Shown in pieces: positions 9,343 to 19,046 of a DNA stretch of 64,000 nucleotides. Made by a program: the position numbers and the translations under genes. The notes under the pieces were generated by a model, which ran no database searches, was not told where the DNA came from, and saw only the letters and a list, made by a program, of their open reading frames with translations. Source of the DNA: an uncultured Candidatus Micrarchaeota archaeon (GTDB lineage Archaea > Micrarchaeota > Micrarchaeia > Anstonellales > Bilamarchaeaceae); NCBI GenBank assembly GCA_963714085.1, contig OY970229.1:992001-1056000 (forward strand), in the 5' to 3' direction. The stretch's first letter is position 1. Every line of letters starts with the position of its first letter.

Positions 9343-9774
9343 ATGCTTAAAGTCGACGTCATAGAGAAAGGGACGGTTGTGGACCACATAAAGGCCGGCA
9401 ACGGCCTGAAGGTTTTCACTATGCTCGGCGCTGCAGGCGGCTACTCGGAGCGGGCCGCGCTGGTGATGAACGTGCCCAGCAAACGGCTCGGCAAGAAGGA
9501 CATAGTCAAGATAGAGGGCAAGACGGTGTCGGATGAGGCCGCGAGCATGATCGCGCTGCTCTCGCCCGGCGCGTCCATAAACATAATCGAGAACTCGAAG
9601 GTCTCAAAGAAATACGTGGTCTCGGTCCCGGAGAAGCTAAAGGGCGCGGGCACGTGCCCGAATCCGAACTGCATAACGAACAAGGAGGAGTGCGTCAAGG
9701 AGTTCAACAAGGAAGGAGAAAAGTTCCGCTGCCACTACTGCGAGCGGTTAGTGGGCGCGGAAGAATTGGTCTAA
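9343..9774 (+). CDS. pyrI: aspartate carbamoyltransferase regulatory subunit
   Basis: GTVVDHI, KDIVKIE, CPNPNCI...CHYCE zinc site. Confidence 0.96.
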   Translation: MLKVDVIEKGTVVDHIKAGNGLKVFTMLGAAGGYSERAALVMNVPSKRLGKKDIVKIEGKTVSDEAASMIALLSPGASINIIENSKVSKKYVVSVPEKLKGAGTCPNPNCITNKEECVKEFNKEGEKFRCHYCERLVGAEELV

Positions 9775-9795
9775 CACGCGCGATTCGGTCGGGTG

Positions 9796-10152
9796 CTAAT
9801 AGCCCCTTCCAAGGTTCCTTATCTCTGCTGCAACGTCCTGAAGGAACTCGCGTTTTGAAGCGTTGTCGTGGAGCCCCGCAACTTCATCGAAGGCAGTCGC
9901 GAGTATCTCGCGCTCGTCCTTGTTCCTGCATTTGGCTGAAAGTTCTAGCGCTTCTTGCCTTGCGGAAAATGCCCTAATTACGGCCGGGAATCTGTAGCTA
10001 AGAGCAATGTCGTCTGCCTTTCCCCTGAACGCGGTCAATGCTTCGCACTCCCTGGAAATCAGCAAAGCATCTGCAATATACCTCGCAACTTTCCTATCCT
10101 TCCTAGACACAGTTCCGCCATTTCCCGTGGTGTGCAGTTGGGTTCCATTCAT
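9796..10152 (-). CDS. hypothetical protein
   Basis: ORF fills the gap; AT-rich promoter at ~10165-10200. Confidence 0.55.
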   Translation of the reverse strand: MNGTQLHTTGNGGTVSRKDRKVARYIADALLISRECEALTAFRGKADDIALSYRFPAVIRAFSARQEALELSAKCRNKDEREILATAFDEVAGLHDNASKREFLQDVAAEIRNLGRGY

Positions 10153-10220
10153 GCTATCGACCTGTTAATATAATGCATAAAAGTATTTAAAAATGTTTGT
10201 TTGTGGTGATTAAAATACCA

Positions 10221-10904
10221 TTAAACATCGGGCGTTTCCCGTATGACCTCAGCGCATTCGCGGAATACCCGCTTCCTTCTCATCAGTTCCATGAGGCCGC
10301 CCTTGTAGAATCGGCTGAACTGAGCTGCCGCGAACGCCTGCATGACATCGCTTTTCGTGAGCGCGGCCTCTGCCATATCTCTGGCCGGTTTTGATTTCGC
10401 CTTGCCGGCTTCGTCCTTGAGGAAGGAGGTTATGCTCCCGGAGCACCACGCTTCCATGAGCCTGAACTCGAAGCCGAGTTCCTTTTCTTTCAGCTCTCCG
10501 CTCAAGTAGGACATTATGATCTCGACCGCCTGGAGCAGCGCGAAGCTGTCCTCCGTTTTAGCGGTGACCAATGCGGCGTACCTCTCCAGCCGCGCTCTTT
10601 TGTCCGGTTGGAGCTTCGCCTCGGCCAGAGCCCTCTTCGCCGCCTCGAACTTGTCGAGCGTCGTTTCCTTCGGCCTGATTCCGTAGACGCTCGCCACGTG
10701 CATGGCCCTTTCCGCGACCAAGGGATCGACAGTGCGTATGTTCCCGAAAGGAACGACCTTGTTTCCCGCAGCGCGGGGCGCCTTCGCCTCTGGCATGCAC
10801 CATACTTGCCTGCCAAAGTTTTTAATCCCCCTCGGAGCGCGCGCCGGCTCCTCTGCCTGCCGCAATGCCGCAAGATACGCTAGTTCTGGACGACCACCAT
10901 ACAT
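10221..10904 (-). CDS. hypothetical protein (start may be 10796)
   Basis: ORF with host-like codon pattern; no motif recognised. Confidence 0.6.
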   Translation of the reverse strand: MYGGRPELAYLAALRQAEEPARAPRGIKNFGRQVWCMPEAKAPRAAGNKVVPFGNIRTVDPLVAERAMHVASVYGIRPKETTLDKFEAAKRALAEAKLQPDKRARLERYAALVTAKTEDSFALLQAVEIIMSYLSGELKEKELGFEFRLMEAWCSGSITSFLKDEAGKAKSKPARDMAEAALTKSDVMQAFAAAQFSRFYKGGLMELMRRKRVFRECAEVIRETPDV

Positions 10905-10966
10905 AACTATAAATTAAAACCAAACAGTTTAAAAAACAGGCGCAACGGAAATAATCCTGATTCCAT

Positions 10967-11626
10967 ATGGAAAAGATATTCGACGGCGTGTTCAGGGTGG
11001 ACCCGCGCACCATCGCCACGCGCAACGCGATTCCGGGAATGCGGGTATACGACGAGCGGCTGCTGAAATCAAACGAAGGCGAGCTCCGCACCTGGGACCC
11101 GTTCCGCTCCAAGCTGGCTGCAGCGATACGAAAAGGCCTCAAGGAGTTCCCGTTCGTGGAAGGGAGCAAGACGCTCTACTTGGGCGCCTCCACAGGGACG
11201 ACGATATCCCATCTCTCGGACATAATCGGGGAGAAAGGCGAGCTGTTCGCGGTGGAGATCGCTCCGCAGTGCATGAAGTCTCTGCTCCCCCTCTGCGATA
11301 TCAGGAAGAACATAATCCCCATAAACGCGGACGCGCGGCAGCCCGCCCAGTACAAGGAGGTCGGCGAGGTGGACTGCCTCTACCAGGACGTGGCGCAGCC
11401 CGACCAGGCGGACATACTCGTGAAGAACGCTGAGATGTTCCTCAAGAAGGGCGGGATCGCCATGATCGCCATAAAGAGCCAGAGCATAGACGTCACGAAG
11501 AGCCCGAAGGAGGTCTTCGCCGGGGTCCTCGCGATCCTCGAGAAGAGATTCGACGTGCTAGAAAGATATGAACTTGAGCCTTTCGACAAGGACCACCTGT
11601 TCGTGGTGCTTAAGTGGAAAGGATAA
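10967..11626 (+). CDS. flpA: fibrillarin-like rRNA/tRNA 2'-O-methyltransferase
   Basis: WDPFRSKLAA, LYLGASTGTTISHLSD, YQDVAQPDQ. Confidence 0.96.
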   Translation: MEKIFDGVFRVDPRTIATRNAIPGMRVYDERLLKSNEGELRTWDPFRSKLAAAIRKGLKEFPFVEGSKTLYLGASTGTTISHLSDIIGEKGELFAVEIAPQCMKSLLPLCDIRKNIIPINADARQPAQYKEVGEVDCLYQDVAQPDQADILVKNAEMFLKKGGIAMIAIKSQSIDVTKSPKEVFAGVLAILEKRFDVLERYELEPFDKDHLFVVLKWKG

Positions 11627-13255
11627 TCAGCCTGTTCTGTTCCGGGTACGCGTAACATTCACGATTGGATTGCCGGATTCCGGCGCCCTGAAAGTCTTAT
11701 TCCATGCGCGGTGCTCGCTGCAGAACGTCTTGCCTGGGTGTTCCAAAACCCTTTGGTGCAGTTCTTCACGGAACACCCGTTCAAGGCCAATGACCTGCTG
11801 TGCATCGTTTCGTGCCACATGCCCGATGCAAGTCCCCCGCGTTCCAGGGGAAAAGCAGTGAACCGTAAGCGCGCCGTCAGACCGCACAGTGAACGGAGGA
11901 ACCTCCCCGGTGTGCCCGAGGCCTTTGCACATGGCCAGCTTTCCGCGGTCGGCAAAGGAGGTGTTGTCGTACAGTCCAAAGTCGCGGCGTATGGCGTTTG
12001 ATATCATGGAAGTCAGTACGTCCGCGCTGCAGTCCGTAACCGAAGCAGGCATTTTTTCCAATCCTCTTCCAGAAGAGCCGATCAAACGCATCGGGTAACC
12101 ACCATGAGCGAGTTCCAAGCCATACTTCTGCTGAAGGGAAGCGAACCTTCCCTTGGTTTCAGCTTCATTCTCCTTGGAGTACATCACGATCACATCCTTT
12201 TGGCACGGCAGCCCCGAAAGGAGTTCGAATGTTTCCTCCATGGACTGCACGTAACGGTCGATGCTCCCAATGTCTTTGAAGAAGAAGTTGAAACTCACGG
12301 TTATCGCTATGTCGGAAGCATAAGGCCCCAGGCTTCCCAAACCCTCCAAAACCCGCACTCCGGCCTTTCTATTCTGCGGTATGAGCCCGGCAGTGGTGAA
12401 TTGCACCCCGACCGGCCTGGCAAAAAGGATTTCGCGGATTGCATCAGCCAGGTTTTTCCCCTCTTCTCCGCCCTCGTAGAGCAACACCTCTCCGTCACCA
12501 AGGTGCACCTGCGGCATGAAGGCAATCTGAGGGCTTTCCAGGAGCGCGTGCAGCAGCGCCCAGTCCATCTGCCCGTCGCTTGGACGCGCGTCGATTGAAC
12601 ATCGGGGGCAGCAGCCGAAACACCGTTCGGACAGGTTCAGCCCGCCAATCGGCAGCCTTTTGTCGAGTGTATCCATGTTCACTGCAGGAAGGCTTTCTCC
12701 CCTGCAACGCAAAGCTATCGCATCGCTAAGTCCATCGTAGTACATCCTCTCTTCGACATCGAAGCCGTGCACCGGCCCGCCAAGCCTCCTCAAATCCCTT
12801 TCAAAACCAATCAGCGTTTTCAGGCCGTAAGGGATTGAGTCGAAGTCCTTGCCACACGAAGCATCTATCCAATGGAACCTGAAGAGGCTCTCGAGTATTT
12901 TGAGCGCTGATTCGATCTTCGCTCCTATCTTTTCGCCGAACCAGTAGGAGGCCGGCAGTTCCCTTCGCGCTTTTTGCCCCTTGGCCGATGCGAATTCACG
13001 AAGAGGGGCCTCCCTGAACTCCCGGACCATGGGAAGAACGATGTTCTCCAGGGTCAGCGCGAGCTTGTCCATCGCATAAAAATGTTCCTGCTTAACAGCA
13101 AACGCTAATCCAAGCTCACGTTCTACTGCCCTTGACCTTTCCTGGAATCCGACAATCTCCTGGAACCGTTCTTCCGGGAAGCGCCGGTCTTCGCCGGTAA
13201 GAATCCGCATCACCTTCGCATAGGCGCTGCTGAACGGTGCATAATCAGGCCTCAT
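11627..13255 (-). CDS. radical SAM superfamily protein with long N-terminal extension
   Basis: CFGCCPRC (CxxxCxxC) followed by DGE and TTAG positions; further Cys residues near the C-terminus. Confidence 0.65.
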   Translation of the reverse strand: MRPDYAPFSSAYAKVMRILTGEDRRFPEERFQEIVGFQERSRAVERELGLAFAVKQEHFYAMDKLALTLENIVLPMVREFREAPLREFASAKGQKARRELPASYWFGEKIGAKIESALKILESLFRFHWIDASCGKDFDSIPYGLKTLIGFERDLRRLGGPVHGFDVEERMYYDGLSDAIALRCRGESLPAVNMDTLDKRLPIGGLNLSERCFGCCPRCSIDARPSDGQMDWALLHALLESPQIAFMPQVHLGDGEVLLYEGGEEGKNLADAIREILFARPVGVQFTTAGLIPQNRKAGVRVLEGLGSLGPYASDIAITVSFNFFFKDIGSIDRYVQSMEETFELLSGLPCQKDVIVMYSKENEAETKGRFASLQQKYGLELAHGGYPMRLIGSSGRGLEKMPASVTDCSADVLTSMISNAIRRDFGLYDNTSFADRGKLAMCKGLGHTGEVPPFTVRSDGALTVHCFSPGTRGTCIGHVARNDAQQVIGLERVFREELHQRVLEHPGKTFCSEHRAWNKTFRAPESGNPIVNVTRTRNRTG

Positions 13256-13408
13256 GAGTTATTTACCCAGTTAGTGTTTATAAATGTTTGTTAGTGCTAA
13301 AGATGACCATCTCTTCGTGGTGCTCAGGTACGAATGAGTCATACAGGTCCGGCTGTCCGCTTTCCGCAGATAAGTCCAGATTCTTAAACTTTACTACACA
13401 TAATCACC

Positions 13409-13888
13409 ATGATTGCGATGAGCCATCAGGAATCCCGTATACGCGTGAAACTAATCCGACGCAAACTATGCCAATTGCGTAAGGAAAAAGGCAATACCCA
13501 GTCGTACTACCGCGATCTGCCCAGGGCCGCTAAAGAGTGGGCCGAGCGTTGTCCTAAGCTGGAACCTGCCGAGATGAAGTTCGTGCTCAGGACCGTGGCC
13601 GTGCCTGAGGATTACGACAAGGTGGTCGAGCACCTCGGCAGCTGCAGCCCCAAGACCCGCAGGATAGCCGACCATGCGCTCGGCCTATGGGAGAAAGTCC
13701 AGCCCCAGATATCCATGATCACACTGAAGGGCGCTTTTTTCGACGAACGTGGAAAACTCAAATCTCATGATATCGATGCCCTTTTCAGGGAATTCAATGG
13801 TATGATCAACTACGTTCACGATCGTCTCGCCAAAGACGCGCGCATAATGAAGAAAGACCCACAATCAGATTTGTCCGAGCGCAATTAG
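13409..13888 (+). CDS. hypothetical protein, convergent with and overlapping the 3' end of the HicA-tipped giant gene
   Basis: 159-aa ORF with upstream TATA-like CTTAAA. Confidence 0.65.
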   Translation: MIAMSHQESRIRVKLIRRKLCQLRKEKGNTQSYYRDLPRAAKEWAERCPKLEPAEMKFVLRTVAVPEDYDKVVEHLGSCSPKTRRIADHALGLWEKVQPQISMITLKGAFFDERGKLKSHDIDALFREFNGMINYVHDRLAKDARIMKKDPQSDLSERN

Positions 13889-16800
13889 GAAATCCCTCTC
13901 TTCCACGCCTGCCTGCTTGCAGAGCCTTTTTACGAACGCGACCGGTTCCACCCTGTTCTGCGGTATCGAGACTCTCCTTCCGTCCGGGTGCCCGTATATG
14001 GAGTGGCTGGTGGCGTTCTGCCGCTCGAATCTGAAACCCAGCGCCTTGAACGTAGCATTTATTCTATCCGAGCTCAGCGGCTTCCATGCTGCGGCCACGG
14101 GGCGATTCGGCACGATTCCCGCCGGTATGCGCGCCTCGATCAGTCTGAAGTAATCACGGTCCCCGAGGATGATATCCGCTACCTTCTTCGGGTATCCGTT
14201 GTCCATGAGCCATTTTTCCCCTGCGGTGAAACCGCCGTTTCTAACGGCAGCGACAAGTTCCGCGTCTTTTTTGCCTTTCATCTCGGTCTCCCATCTTTGA
14301 CTAAACCTGTCGCCATGCTTTTCAAGTAACTGCCGTATCTCCTCATGGCCCACGCCCTCCGCCCCGAGCATCTGTCCGATCTCATTTGGAGAGAATGAGC
14401 TTACCATCTCGTCTTCCGTAAAACCGATCTTTCTTAGCGCTGCAGGGGTCTTCATCTCAGGAGGCGGAGTCCTCTTCTCCGCCGCCGCATGCGTAGCCCT
14501 GCCCAGCGCATCCTCCGCCGCTGCCCGCATGCCCGGTTTCACGCCCTCCATTGGCGCCGCATCCTTGTCCAGCGCATTCGCGAAGAGTTCGAATCTCCGA
14601 GCCTCCTTCACGCCGCCCCAATTCATGTCTCTGGCAGTGGTCGTTCTGAACCTGAGGTATGCGTCGAACATGACGTTCTCATCCATCTTCATCGCCGCCG
14701 CAGCCCGTCCCAACGCGTCGTCCGTTACCGTGTTCCATCCGACCCCCGCACGTTTGGCTTCCGCCTGCCTCCGGATGAGTTCCGGGTCGGACACACCCCC
14801 TCCCATCTCGCCTCTGGGAATCCCATATCGTTGTTTGAACGCCGCGTCCCTCGTGCGCTCCTCCCTCAGCTTCCGCAGCGCCTCGTCCGCCCGCGGGGCC
14901 TTCCTCGCAGGCGCAGCCTCCGGCGCAGCGCGCTTCAGTATCCTGTGGGGCAGCGCGTAGATCCTGAAAAGCCTGTCCAGCCCGTCTCCGGTCGCGCCGT
15001 TCCGCAGCAGCGCGGGCCGCAGGTCCTCTATGCCGCGCAGCCATCTCTCCTTCTTAGCCTTTATCGCGGCGTCCACGGTCGGCTGGTCGACGCCGTTCAA
15101 TGAAAGATAATCACGGAACGCCTTCTCGTCCGCGACGTGTATGGCGGATATGAGCTTCTTCGCGTTCATGTCCGCCTGAGGGCTGACCGCCTCGGCCGGC
15201 TCGCCGAAAAGCGCGTCCGCCACGCGGTAGCGGCCCTCCCGCACCGTCGGGGTCCTGAATGTCCTGACATCCTTTACCCCGACGTCCTTAGGGACGCTCT
15301 GCAGGAATCGCTGTTCGGTCCTGCCAAGGACCCGGGCCATGACCCCGCTGTCCACAGGACCGCTGAAGCTGAAGCCGAATGCCATGGGACCGGTCTGGTA
15401 TACCGTCACTTTCCCGGAAAGCCCCGCCTCGGCAGCGGCCTTCTCGAACGCTCTCGCGTAGTGCGCGGAGAGCCCGTCCGTGAACGCGCTTCCCGCCACG
15501 CTGTTCGTGACGCTCGGTCCGATGAGGTTCTTTTCCACGGCGCTGACCCCCTTCCCCTTGATCTCGGCGCCGCGCATGAAAGCGGCCCGCGTGCCATCCT
15601 CGAACGCCACGCGGAAGGTGATCGCCTCGTCTATGCGGACCGGGGCGCCCGAGGAGTCGACAGTCTTGCCCTTCACTTCCTTCACAGGATTGCTCATTGC
15701 CTTCGCTTTCGGGGGCTGGTCCCTGTCGAAGGCCGTGGCGGCACGCTCAAGGCGCTCTGCCGCGGCAGGGTCCACAGCCCTAACCTTCTCCACCACGGAC
15801 TTGGACTCCACCGCGCCCACCGCTGCCTCCATGGTCTTGTAATGCCTGCCGTTGCTCGCCAGCGTCCACTCGCGTTTCACGCCGTTCCGGCCCATCGCGT
15901 CCCCGATCCCAGTGAAGTCGCTCAGCGCATCTGCCAGCGCGGGCGATGTGACGCCCATCTGCCTGCTGGCCGCGCGGGCCTCGTCCCTGAAGCGCCCCAC
16001 CACCAGGTCTATTGCCTGCTTCTCGTTTTTGACCGCGAACCTCTCCTTGAGCCGCTGGAAGCCGAGGTCTGAGACCACTATCGTGGCGTCGTCCGCCCCT
16101 GTGCGCACTATGCTGACGCCCTCGATGCCAAGGCCCTTCACCGTATCGGACGCGGCCCTGAAAAAGACTACCAGCCCCAGGTCCCCGTACTCCCCATGGT
16201 CGCTCAGCGAGTTGAGCAGCCATGTCTTGCCCTTGTCGAGCGATATGACCACCCGGGCGTAATCCTCGGTCGCCAGCGGGCTGACCTTCCTGAATGTGCG
16301 GAATACCCAGTTCTCCCTCGCCCTGACCGCATCGTCCAGTCCCCTGAAGACCGGCCCGGCGGTCTCGATGTTGCCGCGCATGCGGTCCACCGCGGAGTGC
16401 AGCGCATCGGCGTTGGACAGCACGGTCTCGTGCAGCGTCTTCCCGGCTATGGTCGGCTGCGCGGTGAGCACCGCCACGTTCCTCGCGAGCGCGGTGCCGT
16501 CTCCGGCCAGGCTCTTGGCTACGAGCGCAGATGCCTGGGGAGGGGCCGCGCGCACCTTCTCCGCAGACAGAGGCGCCTGGTCCATCTGGACGGCGCGCGG
16601 GCGCTCCATCACCGCCTCGGCCTCGCGCCTTCCGGTTTCCGCCATGAGCACTTTCATCGCGTTCAGGTCCTCGTTTCTCCATAGCCCCCTTTTCGGCAGC
16701 CCCAAAGTCTCGCTTTCCTTAGCGACCAGGGCGGCCATCTCCACCGGAGTCAGCTTCTTGCCGCGTGCGAATTTCGCTTCTGCCCCCGGCGTGATCTCCG

Positions 16801-18676
16801 CCCGCAGCTTGTTGACGGCCGCCACCTTCTCCGCAGTGATCCCGAAGGGCAGGCCCTCCGCGCTCTTGTTCACCGTGATGGCCATCTCGACCCTGGCGCT
16901 GCGTTCCCTTGCCGCAGCCGCATCCACCACTGACAGCTTCCTTGGCATGATTGTCTCCCTGCGGGCCTCCATCATCTTCGTGGCCTTGGAATGCACCACG
17001 CCCGCCGCGATCGGAGCCGCGAGTGTGAGCGTGCTGAAGATGGCCTCCTCGAGCGCCTCCCGGCGCTCCATCCTATCCGATTTCGGGGCTACGTAATACG
17101 CTGCCCATGATTCCGCCATGTGCCTCGCCTGGGGCACTGTGAGCGCAGCCGCTGCGCCGAGCTGGGCGAGCCGGAGCATGGACAAGCCCTCGACCGCCTC
17201 TTTCGCGATGCGGCCCGGCGCTCCGAGCAGCGCGACCGCGGCCATGACGCCGGTCAGGGGGGATATCTCCCCGGTCGCGGCATAATCGTGGGCCGTGCCT
17301 TTTATCACGGAAGCCGAGCCGATGACCGGGACGAAGCTGACCAGGACGTCTATCCCCTGGCCGATCCTCCTGACAGTCCTTACGCGCGCATAGAGGGTCT
17401 CGCTGTCGCTTTTGGCGGCCGCGGAGATCGCCGCGGCTTCTTTTTCCGCAAGCGTCGCCTTCCCTCCGGAAAGCAGCGAAGAATAATTCGCGACCAGCTT
17501 CTCCGAATCCGCTATCACGTTCTGCTGGAGCCTTGCCTCGACCGAAGAAAAAACCTTGTCCGAGGTCACCATGCATATCTCGAGCTGCGTCAATGCCGCG
17601 CCGAGCGGTGCGAGGTTCCTGTCGAACCCGCGGATGGAAGCGTCGTATAGGGAAACTAGCGCGTCCCTGTAGAAAGCGAACTGTTTCGTCGGGTCGTAGG
17701 TCCTGTCAGCCGCGCGCCTGACGTTCTCCGCGATGCTGCTCTCGTTGATGTAAAGCCGCGCGAGCACATCCGTCTTGTCTTCGGCCGCGGCCACGAACTC
17801 TTTCCTCACGCCCTTCATGTTCTCCGGCGCGTACTGCATTATGCGCAGCGCTTCCCTGAGATGCCGCCCCGCGCTTTCCAGGTACTCCAGCGCATAGACC
17901 TTGTTGAGGGAATGGTCCGCAGCCTCGGACTCCCTCAGATAAGCCATGAGGCCGTCGTGCTTCTTCAGTTCGAGGAGCAGCAGCTTCGCCGGGTGGTATT
18001 CGACGTCCACAAGCTGCCGGTAGTCCGACTGCAGCTTTTCCACGCGCGCGGAGAGCGCATCCGGCCCGGCCTTCCCTACCTCCCCCCGCAACGCGTCTAT
18101 CTCTTCGATGATGGTGCCGAGCTTCCTGTAAAGCCAGTAGCCGTCGGACCTTTCCGGGGCGTACATGTCCACCAGGCCGCTGTCGCGCATCTCCGTCCTC
18201 AGCCCCTTGACGACCTCGTGCACGGAGCCGAGCTCGCGCCTGAGGTTCTCCGCGGGATCCGAGACGCGCCTGTCCGCGTCCGCTGCGAGAAAGACGGCGA
18301 AGTCGTGGGCATACTGCCGTCTCAGCTTCTCGAACTCCTCTTTCGGCGCATCCCCGCGCACGGCACGCTGGCGTATGGTTTCGAGTTGCCTCTGCTCCTC
18401 CGCAAGCGCGGGCGGCAGCGCGATGTCCGCGGTCTGCGGATGGAATACGCCGAACTTGAGCGATGCGTCGACGCGTTCGGCGCTGCGCACGGTCCCGTTG
18501 GCCGCGTCCATGGCACGTTTCGCCGCAACCTCCGCCATGACAGGGAGGCCGAGGCCGCTGACTATCTTCTGCGTCTGGTCCTTCCCGAATCTCTCTACCT
18601 GCTCATCCGCCCTGGCCAGCCGCTTCGCCACCTTCGTCGCTTCGAGTCCCTGTTCGGCCAAATGCACACCTTTCAT
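13865..18676 (-). CDS. 1603-aa multidomain protein: helical N-terminus, hydrophobic hairpin, degenerate GGDEF-like palms, C-terminal HicA-like RNase
   Basis: Start set at 18676 (ATGA overlap with upstream gene); C-terminus LGFRFERQNATSHSIYGHPDGRRVSIP...LCKQAGV matches the HicA pattern. Confidence 0.75.
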   Translation of the reverse strand: MKGVHLAEQGLEATKVAKRLARADEQVERFGKDQTQKIVSGLGLPVMAEVAAKRAMDAANGTVRSAERVDASLKFGVFHPQTADIALPPALAEEQRQLETIRQRAVRGDAPKEEFEKLRRQYAHDFAVFLAADADRRVSDPAENLRRELGSVHEVVKGLRTEMRDSGLVDMYAPERSDGYWLYRKLGTIIEEIDALRGEVGKAGPDALSARVEKLQSDYRQLVDVEYHPAKLLLLELKKHDGLMAYLRESEAADHSLNKVYALEYLESAGRHLREALRIMQYAPENMKGVRKEFVAAAEDKTDVLARLYINESSIAENVRRAADRTYDPTKQFAFYRDALVSLYDASIRGFDRNLAPLGAALTQLEICMVTSDKVFSSVEARLQQNVIADSEKLVANYSSLLSGGKATLAEKEAAAISAAAKSDSETLYARVRTVRRIGQGIDVLVSFVPVIGSASVIKGTAHDYAATGEISPLTGVMAAVALLGAPGRIAKEAVEGLSMLRLAQLGAAAALTVPQARHMAESWAAYYVAPKSDRMERREALEEAIFSTLTLAAPIAAGVVHSKATKMMEARRETIMPRKLSVVDAAAARERSARVEMAITVNKSAEGLPFGITAEKVAAVNKLRAEITPGAEAKFARGKKLTPVEMAALVAKESETLGLPKRGLWRNEDLNAMKVLMAETGRREAEAVMERPRAVQMDQAPLSAEKVRAAPPQASALVAKSLAGDGTALARNVAVLTAQPTIAGKTLHETVLSNADALHSAVDRMRGNIETAGPVFRGLDDAVRARENWVFRTFRKVSPLATEDYARVVISLDKGKTWLLNSLSDHGEYGDLGLVVFFRAASDTVKGLGIEGVSIVRTGADDATIVVSDLGFQRLKERFAVKNEKQAIDLVVGRFRDEARAASRQMGVTSPALADALSDFTGIGDAMGRNGVKREWTLASNGRHYKTMEAAVGAVESKSVVEKVRAVDPAAAERLERAATAFDRDQPPKAKAMSNPVKEVKGKTVDSSGAPVRIDEAITFRVAFEDGTRAAFMRGAEIKGKGVSAVEKNLIGPSVTNSVAGSAFTDGLSAHYARAFEKAAAEAGLSGKVTVYQTGPMAFGFSFSGPVDSGVMARVLGRTEQRFLQSVPKDVGVKDVRTFRTPTVREGRYRVADALFGEPAEAVSPQADMNAKKLISAIHVADEKAFRDYLSLNGVDQPTVDAAIKAKKERWLRGIEDLRPALLRNGATGDGLDRLFRIYALPHRILKRAAPEAAPARKAPRADEALRKLREERTRDAAFKQRYGIPRGEMGGGVSDPELIRRQAEAKRAGVGWNTVTDDALGRAAAAMKMDENVMFDAYLRFRTTTARDMNWGGVKEARRFELFANALDKDAAPMEGVKPGMRAAAEDALGRATHAAAEKRTPPPEMKTPAALRKIGFTEDEMVSSFSPNEIGQMLGAEGVGHEEIRQLLEKHGDRFSQRWETEMKGKKDAELVAAVRNGGFTAGEKWLMDNGYPKKVADIILGDRDYFRLIEARIPAGIVPNRPVAAAWKPLSSDRINATFKALGFRFERQNATSHSIYGHPDGRRVSIPQNRVEPVAFVKRLCKQAGVEERDFLIALGQI

Positions 18677-18993
18677 GCGTTCTCGTATTCGTAGCAGATC
18701 TCGACGAATTCGCGCAGCATGTCGATGCGGTCTTCCCTTCCGGCGCGTCCTGCGCGGAGCACGGAGTATTCCACGCCCCATCTCACGAGCGCCGTGCGGA
18801 ACCTCTTGAGCCTCTCTAGGGTCGGCGCCATGTTCCTGGGCTTCACCTTCGCGGCGTTCCATGCGGACATCGCGTTCTCTATCACAGAAACAGTCCTGGC
18901 CGCGTTCCTGAGAGTGTCCGACTCTATCTCGTCCAGCTTCTCTTCGGAAACGGTCGCTCTTCCACCGCCCTGCCGCGGCGCAATGGTTGCCAT
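18673..18993 (-). CDS. small hypothetical protein translationally coupled to the giant gene
   Basis: 106 aa; its stop overlaps the next start; TTTAAA ~25 nt upstream. Confidence 0.7.
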   Translation of the reverse strand: MATIAPRQGGGRATVSEEKLDEIESDTLRNAARTVSVIENAMSAWNAAKVKPRNMAPTLERLKRFRTALVRWGVEYSVLRAGRAGREDRIDMLREFVEICYEYENA

Positions 18994-19046
18994 GTCAATA
19001 CCATGGAATAAACTCTTTAAATAATCGAGCGAAGAACCTATCCTGT

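Noticed and set aside
13300..13360. Possible box C/D sRNA (GATGA...GAATGA) in the intergenic gap
   Set aside because: No CTGA D boxes at suitable spacing
18677..18862. N-terminal 62 aa of the 1665-aa minus-strand ORF call
   Set aside because: Lies within the 106-aa upstream gene; the ATGA overlap at 18673-18676 marks the likelier start
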